Positions 61,076 to 64,000 of a stretch of 64,000 nucleotides of DNA are shown in pieces. Position numbers and translations under genes: made by a program. Below the pieces are notes generated by a model that did not search any database, had not been told where the DNA came from, and saw nothing but the letters and a program-made list of their open reading frames with translations. The stretch's first letter is position 1; each line of letters opens with the position of its first letter. The stretch comes from the human T2T-CHM13v2.0 reference genome, Homo sapiens, in NCBI RefSeq assembly GCF_009914755.1, contig NC_060931.1. One strand, written 5' to 3'.

Positions 61076-62185
61076 TTTTAGGGTCAACTGTGGCCATTTA
61101 AATTATCACGAGCTGGTGAGCCTCATTCTTCCACTCTATATTTTCTTCCTTGTCTTCCAGGAAGCTTCTGGAAAAAATTAGGCTAGATCTTAAAGAAACA
61201 AGTCTCAATCTTAAAGAAACTTGGCTGTTAGAAAGCAAGAGTTTTAATAATAAATATAAAATTGAATGCACCTCCTTTTGTTCCTTCCCTATAAAAGTGC
61301 TTTTCCTTTTTCTTCCTTCCATTGACCCAGCCCAGCCTTCCCAAACTATACATCCTTCTTCTGCTCATTGCTCTCATATCAGTGGTTACATAAAGAACAG
61401 AAAACACGGCAAATGCAGAGAAAAGTTATTGAATTCATTTTAGGCACACCAAAAACTTGTTGTATTAGTTTAAAATGGGTTTATAATTCTAAACCATTTT
61501 ATATCATTCTACCTCTTATAGCAGTTTTCTTATTAGAGACTGATATAAGTAATGTTTTTAAGAGGACGTCCCATCATCAATAAGTTTGTGAAATTCTGCA
61601 TAAAGTAGGGTAGATGAGTTACCTTAATATTAACGTGGATGATGCGTGTTCATGGGTGAGAAGTCATGAGTAGGATTCCCCGTCTTTTGACTCTGCCTCC
61701 CACTTTGTAAAGGATCTCATAGCGTTAGCATTCCAGAGAGAACACTTTGGGAAATGTCTTATAGGAAAAAGGAAAATATTTCCAGGTTTTGGAAGAATTG
61801 TTGGTGAACAGATTAAAGGAAAACCTAATACTGTATGAGTAAGTTGTTATGTATAAGAAAGAGAAAAGATTGTTTTTCTCTTTAAAGAAGTAGCAAACAG
61901 TAGGTGTTTTCCATGTCTCCAAAGAAATACAATGAATTTAAAATGCTTTAGGAAAATGAACTGAATGCTCTTCTGCTCACTCTACCCCACACAAAATGCT
62001 CATGAGATATCTATTTAGCATCTTCCCAAAGGAGAGACTTCCCGAGTGTGTCCAAGACTGGGCCATTATTGGAGAGTGATGAAGTGATGATCCTTTAATA
62101 CTATTCTCTGCTCCATGAATATTTCCAGATACTGACCTTGGTGATAACCTGCTCTTACCTAGACTTCCCATTTTTCCTACTCAAG

Positions 62186-62540
<355 letters not shown>

Positions 62541-62550
62541 AAAACAAACC

Positions 62551-62600
62551 CATACATACATATATATATATAAATATATATATATAATATACATATATAA
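62551..62600. repeat. (TA)n-rich microsatellite just after the stop codon
   Basis: Directly visible. Confidence 0.85.
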
Positions 62601-63523
62601 AACAAAACAAAACTAAATCAAGACGATGCCAGTGCCAAGGTAGAGTTGAGTTGGCTCAGGCACCTGCATCTCGCCGGACTTTGTGTTGCCTCATCTCTGA
62701 GATGGGGAAAGTTTTTCCATCCTGTGGCTCTTCCATCAGTTCTTGACTTTTGGCTTCATGGTCTCTTGAAGACAGAGCAAACACCACCACTTGCGACCGC
62801 GTCTTGATCCCCATCACTGGCGAGGATGGGGTGGTGAAGGGACAGTGGAAGGGGTCTGAGGCAGCACAGATGTAGAGAAGGAAGTGCCACCCACTGGGTC
62901 AACGGGAGAGGACGCCACCCCTAACCAGTCATATCACAGGGTAACAAAGCCCTCAGTTCCTAGAATGTAACCAAATTATTGAGGCCATTTTCAGAATCAC
63001 TTCTTCTCCTGCTCTTCCTGTTCGGACTTCCTTCCCAGCCCACCAGCAACACACAAGGAGTGGAAGAGAAAACAAACTGAGAAGGACGTTTTCTCTTTGC
63101 TGCCAAACTTTTGGACCATGTTTCATAGGTGGGAAGGGAAGAGAACATGCTGAGAGGCAAGATCTGCATCAATGAAAGGACGCTTCGGTGGATGCTCAGA
63201 CAACCCAGTCTTACCTTCCAGCTGCCTTACACCCAGTGAAACAAGAGGCCACCCTGTCCCCAGCCGCACCTGCACTCCCTGGGCAGACTGGAGCCTTGGA
63301 GTCATGCTGTGATATGTGTGTGTGGGTGTGCGTGCATGTGTACTTTGGGCGGTTTCCTTTTTTTCTTTTCTACCTTTTAAATGGAAATACTGCATTATGA
63401 CTGTTGTCTCTCTTATCACTGTAGTGGTTTCATGGCCCCAGATAGAGGCCCAGAGACCTAGAAATTGTCATGAGGGACAGGCCTATAAGGGTGCCAATTC
63501 TGCAGCTACAGATCCCTGGAGTG

Positions 63524-63528
63524 GTGTG

Positions 63529-63568
<40 letters not shown>
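63524..63568. repeat. (TG)n microsatellite in the 3' UTR
   Basis: ~22 GT units with one GC interruption. Confidence 0.95.
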
Positions 63569-63569
<1 letters not shown>

Positions 63570-64000
63570 TGGATGTTTCTTGAGCGTGGGGTTTTATTGT
63601 TTGTGTTGTGTTTTTTTAAATTGTTTCTGGTATAGCTGAAATTTCCAGAGGGCAGAACCAAGAACAAAGCCACTGGGCCAGAGGACCCCCGTGGTTCTCC
63701 ACATTACAGCTCTGGGACTCTGCACGATTTAGTCCTCTAATTTTGGAAGTTCAAGACACAGCTGGGCACATAAGCCATGAGAGAAGAGGGGGAACACACA
63801 GTTCAGGAGAGAGAAGAAATGTTGCTCTGGTTGCTGTTGTACAAGAACATAAACCAACAAGACCTTCACTCCCCATTATAGAAGCTGTCCTTTGTCACTG
63901 GACATCTCCCCTTTCCCTAGGGGTGACCTCTGTACAAACGAAAGGAAGTGGGTCACATGCAGAGAGAGCACCTCCATTTCCCATGGGCTCAAGTTTGTAT

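Larger units (their letters stand above)
62541..64000 (+). other. TMEM178B: 3' UTR of TMEM178B (probably continues beyond the window)
   Basis: Follows the stop codon. No recognisable transposon and no AATAAA/ATTAAA seen in 62541-64000. Confidence 0.8.

Overview
This is primate genomic DNA (human or a close ape), not microbial. The window covers the 3' part of TMEM178B, a claudin/PMP22-superfamily tetraspan membrane protein gene on the + strand; the gene identity is recognised from the peptide, not from a database search. It contains the end of a very long intron (1-29333), a 138-nt phase-1/1 coding exon (29334-29471), a 32.8-kb intron, the terminal coding exon (62290-62540, ending ...ENGTVC*) and the first ~1.5 kb of a 3' UTR that appears to run past the window. 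The rest is intronic and rich in transposon fossils: Alus, L1, L2, MIR, ERV1 solo LTRs (MER50, MER51), MaLR LTRs, hAT MITEs and a MADE1. Almost all other ORFs in the track are spurious or repeat-derived. I found no CRISPR array, operon or new multi-gene system. The notable observations are small-scale: (1) an unidentified ~55-bp poly(A)-tailed retro-insertion with a 16-bp TSD, later duplicated in a 149-bp tandem repeat; (2) a twin-primed (5'-inverted) L1 with its TSD and priming microhomology still readable; (3) an L1>MER50>Alu nest; (4) an Alu with a 49-A internal linker that forms an inverted-Alu pair around the skippable exon; (5) a distant-branch-point acceptor on the last exon; (6) a candidate recursive-splice/6-nt microexon site. 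Repeat subfamily names are from recalled consensus sequences and need RepeatMasker/Dfam confirmation.
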